Source: Candidatus Altimarinota bacterium (lineage in GTDB: Bacteria; Patescibacteriota; Gracilibacteria; UBA1369). Taken from it: a stretch of 16,902 nucleotides of DNA. The stretch's first letter is position 1; every line of letters starts with the position of its first letter. The stretch spans positions 1 through 16,902 of the forward strand of contig JBAZYK010000016.1 of NCBI GenBank assembly GCA_041659405.1. The letters are read 5' to 3'. The notes beneath the pieces are model-generated. The model was not told where the DNA came from. It saw nothing but the letters and a program-made list of their open reading frames with translations, and ran no database searches. Positions 15,331 to 16,902 of this stretch are shown piece by piece. Made by a program: the position numbers and the translations under genes.

Positions 15331-16302
15331 ATGTTAACACCTATAGATGTACATTATTTGGTTGGGCTGCTTTCACGAAATATTGAAGGGGCCTTGGTTG
15401 ATGTTATGCTAGGTGACATGGTTTATGATGTTGCAAAGAATGGGAAAAGAGACGTAGATATAACTGTGAAAGACAAGAGTGGAGTGATTACAGTATACAA
15501 GGGCATTGAAGTTAAGGCCTTCATAAAAGCAAAAAAGTTGAGACCTCTCTCATCAGACATTGTTGATGGGTTGATCCGGAAGCTTCAGGATATGCCTGAA
15601 ATTACACATAAGGCGATTGTATCTGCTACTGGCTATACGGCAGGAGCTGTAAATAAGGCGAATTATCATGGAGTGAACTTGTATGAATTTAAAACATTTG
15701 AAGGTGACCTAGATGGTGATCACATTAAAATGACTTTTGGTGCTGAGAATAACCAGTTTATTAATAACGTCTACTACTGGATAGGCAACATTCAGCTCGT
15801 AATTAATCCGAAAGAAAGCCTCAGTGAGGATTTGGTAGAAAAAATAAAAAAAAGCAAGCAGTTTATTGGCCGAGATGGACACATACTCAAGAAATGTCCA
15901 ACTCTTGATTTATTCTTGAAGAATATAAAAGACTATTCTTTAAATAAGATTATTCAGGATGAAACAATTGTGAAGCCACCCATTGGTACGCCATTTGTGG
16001 TTGATCAGATCATCACAACGCATGATCAGCCTTTAGTGTACATTGAAGGTGCAGATCCCGTCACAATTAAGGAAATACGTGTTACTGGCCGCGTAAATTC
16101 TGAGCAGAGGATATGCGTTCCACAATTTAAAGCATTATTCAGACAAGGCATGAAGGATCCTGACATTGTTAGTATGCTTTTTGAGGATGCTAACAGAAAC
16201 TTACACGGTATTTCCATACCGAAGCATGGAAATATTATTTCAGCACTTCATGTTCCATTAAGTGACCGATTGAAAAACCAAATTCGCCAGCAGAAAATTT
16301 AA
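15331..16302 (+). CDS. Putative PD-(D/E)XK (Mrr-like) endonuclease-fold protein
   Basis: 323 aa. GKRDVDITVKDKSGVITVYKGIEVKAF matches a D...ExK active-site pattern, followed by KAIVSATGYTAGAVNKANYHGVNLYEF as in Mrr-type nucleases. Confidence 0.62.
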   Translation: MLTPIDVHYLVGLLSRNIEGALVDVMLGDMVYDVAKNGKRDVDITVKDKSGVITVYKGIEVKAFIKAKKLRPLSSDIVDGLIRKLQDMPEITHKAIVSATGYTAGAVNKANYHGVNLYEFKTFEGDLDGDHIKMTFGAENNQFINNVYYWIGNIQLVINPKESLSEDLVEKIKKSKQFIGRDGHILKKCPTLDLFLKNIKDYSLNKIIQDETIVKPPIGTPFVVDQIITTHDQPLVYIEGADPVTIKEIRVTGRVNSEQRICVPQFKALFRQGMKDPDIVSMLFEDANRNLHGISIPKHGNIISALHVPLSDRLKNQIRQQKI

Positions 16303-16370
16303 ATCCAACATAAAATTAAACAGGAAACGCCACTATTGTGCCTCACGGCAAGAAACGGCAGGATGGGATC

Positions 16371-16431
16371 GGCCAAGGGTACTAGACCCACTTAGCCAGC
16401 CAACAGGTATACCAAAATTGCGAAATTCCTT
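16371..16431. repeat. Repeat B: degenerate tRNA-3'-like core plus copy of the tRNA-Gln downstream flank
   Basis: GGGTACTAGACCC (16377-16389), then AGCCA, then 16398-16431 matching 13341-13374. Confidence 0.6.
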
Positions 16432-16478
16432 TGTCCTCATAGTGAAGGCACGGCTTGAGAATTTTGGCTTTTTTGTTG

Positions 16479-16841
16479 TTAATTACTGTGGTGAATGATC
16501 AGAATTTCATCTGCGTTTTCCATTGGCTTATAATCATGGGTGTATCGATACATCTCGGTTCTAAAAGTTCCTAGCTTATAGGGGCCCTGTTTTTCCGGAT
16601 TCTTAAGTTTATCAACAAAATCTGTTAGCGACTCTACATCTTTAATAATTATATCGGAATCTTTTTTTGATTTTTCGTTTATCTTCCAATCCTCAAACCA
16701 ATCCTTTTTCGTGGCGTATAAAAATTTATCTGCTTTAAGTTCCAATCGTTCTAAAACTTTTAACAATAAGATGCCTTCTATAATGGTCCCGCAAAATCGG
16801 ACAGAAAAATGGGGTATGCTAAGAGAGGTTTTTAACCCCAA
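16479..16841 (-). CDS. Hypothetical protein, TTG start
   Basis: 120-aa ORF with non-ATG start, in-frame stop upstream at 16845-16847. Charged C-terminal half; no family recognised. Confidence 0.4.
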   Translation of the reverse strand: MGLKTSLSIPHFSVRFCGTIIEGILLLKVLERLELKADKFLYATKKDWFEDWKINEKSKKDSDIIIKDVESLTDFVDKLKNPEKQGPYKLGTFRTEMYRYTHDYKPMENADEILIIHHSN

Positions 16842-16902
16842 AAATTATGCCAAAAGGTATACGGAAACAGTACGATGGAGCGTTCAAACTTAAAGTTATC
16901 CT

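Noticed and set aside
1-16902. CRISPR array or retron/toxin-antitoxin system
   Set aside because: No regularly spaced repeats, Cas genes, reverse transcriptase, or recognisable toxin-antitoxin pair seen anywhere in the window.

Overview
The window looks like ordinary bacterial chromosome with several accessory patches. Lineage is uncertain, though the histidine kinase and small-protein style would fit a Patescibacteria/CPR-like genome. Recognisable genes are an Ig-like secreted/anchored protein, a ferredoxin-reductase-like/PAS/histidine-kinase fusion downstream of a Cfa-type methyltransferase, a DUF3592-like membrane protein, DinD, a SAM-methyltransferase-like protein, a TRM11/THUMP-like RNA methyltransferase, ssb, gmk, a sortilin/BNR-repeat protein and a PD-(D/E)XK (Mrr-like) nuclease candidate. 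There is also a complete tRNA-Gln(CUG). The clearest unusual signal is a minus-strand tRNA-Asn(GUU) interrupted inside its anticodon by a compact 232-nt group I intron (P1, P3, P7 and omega-G recognisable). Other signals: (a) a 620-nt apparently non-coding transcription unit at about 171-791, with a near-perfect promoter and a strong terminator; (b) a second structured candidate RNA on the minus strand at about 10941-11437; (c) a 48-aa lmo0937-like membrane protein at 869-1015, missing from the supplied ORF track; (d) a likely frameshift at an 8-A tract that hides the true C-terminus of Cfa; (e) degenerate duplications of tRNA 3' ends and flanks beside both tRNAs, which bracket accessory genes. 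No CRISPR array and no convincing complete defence system is visible.
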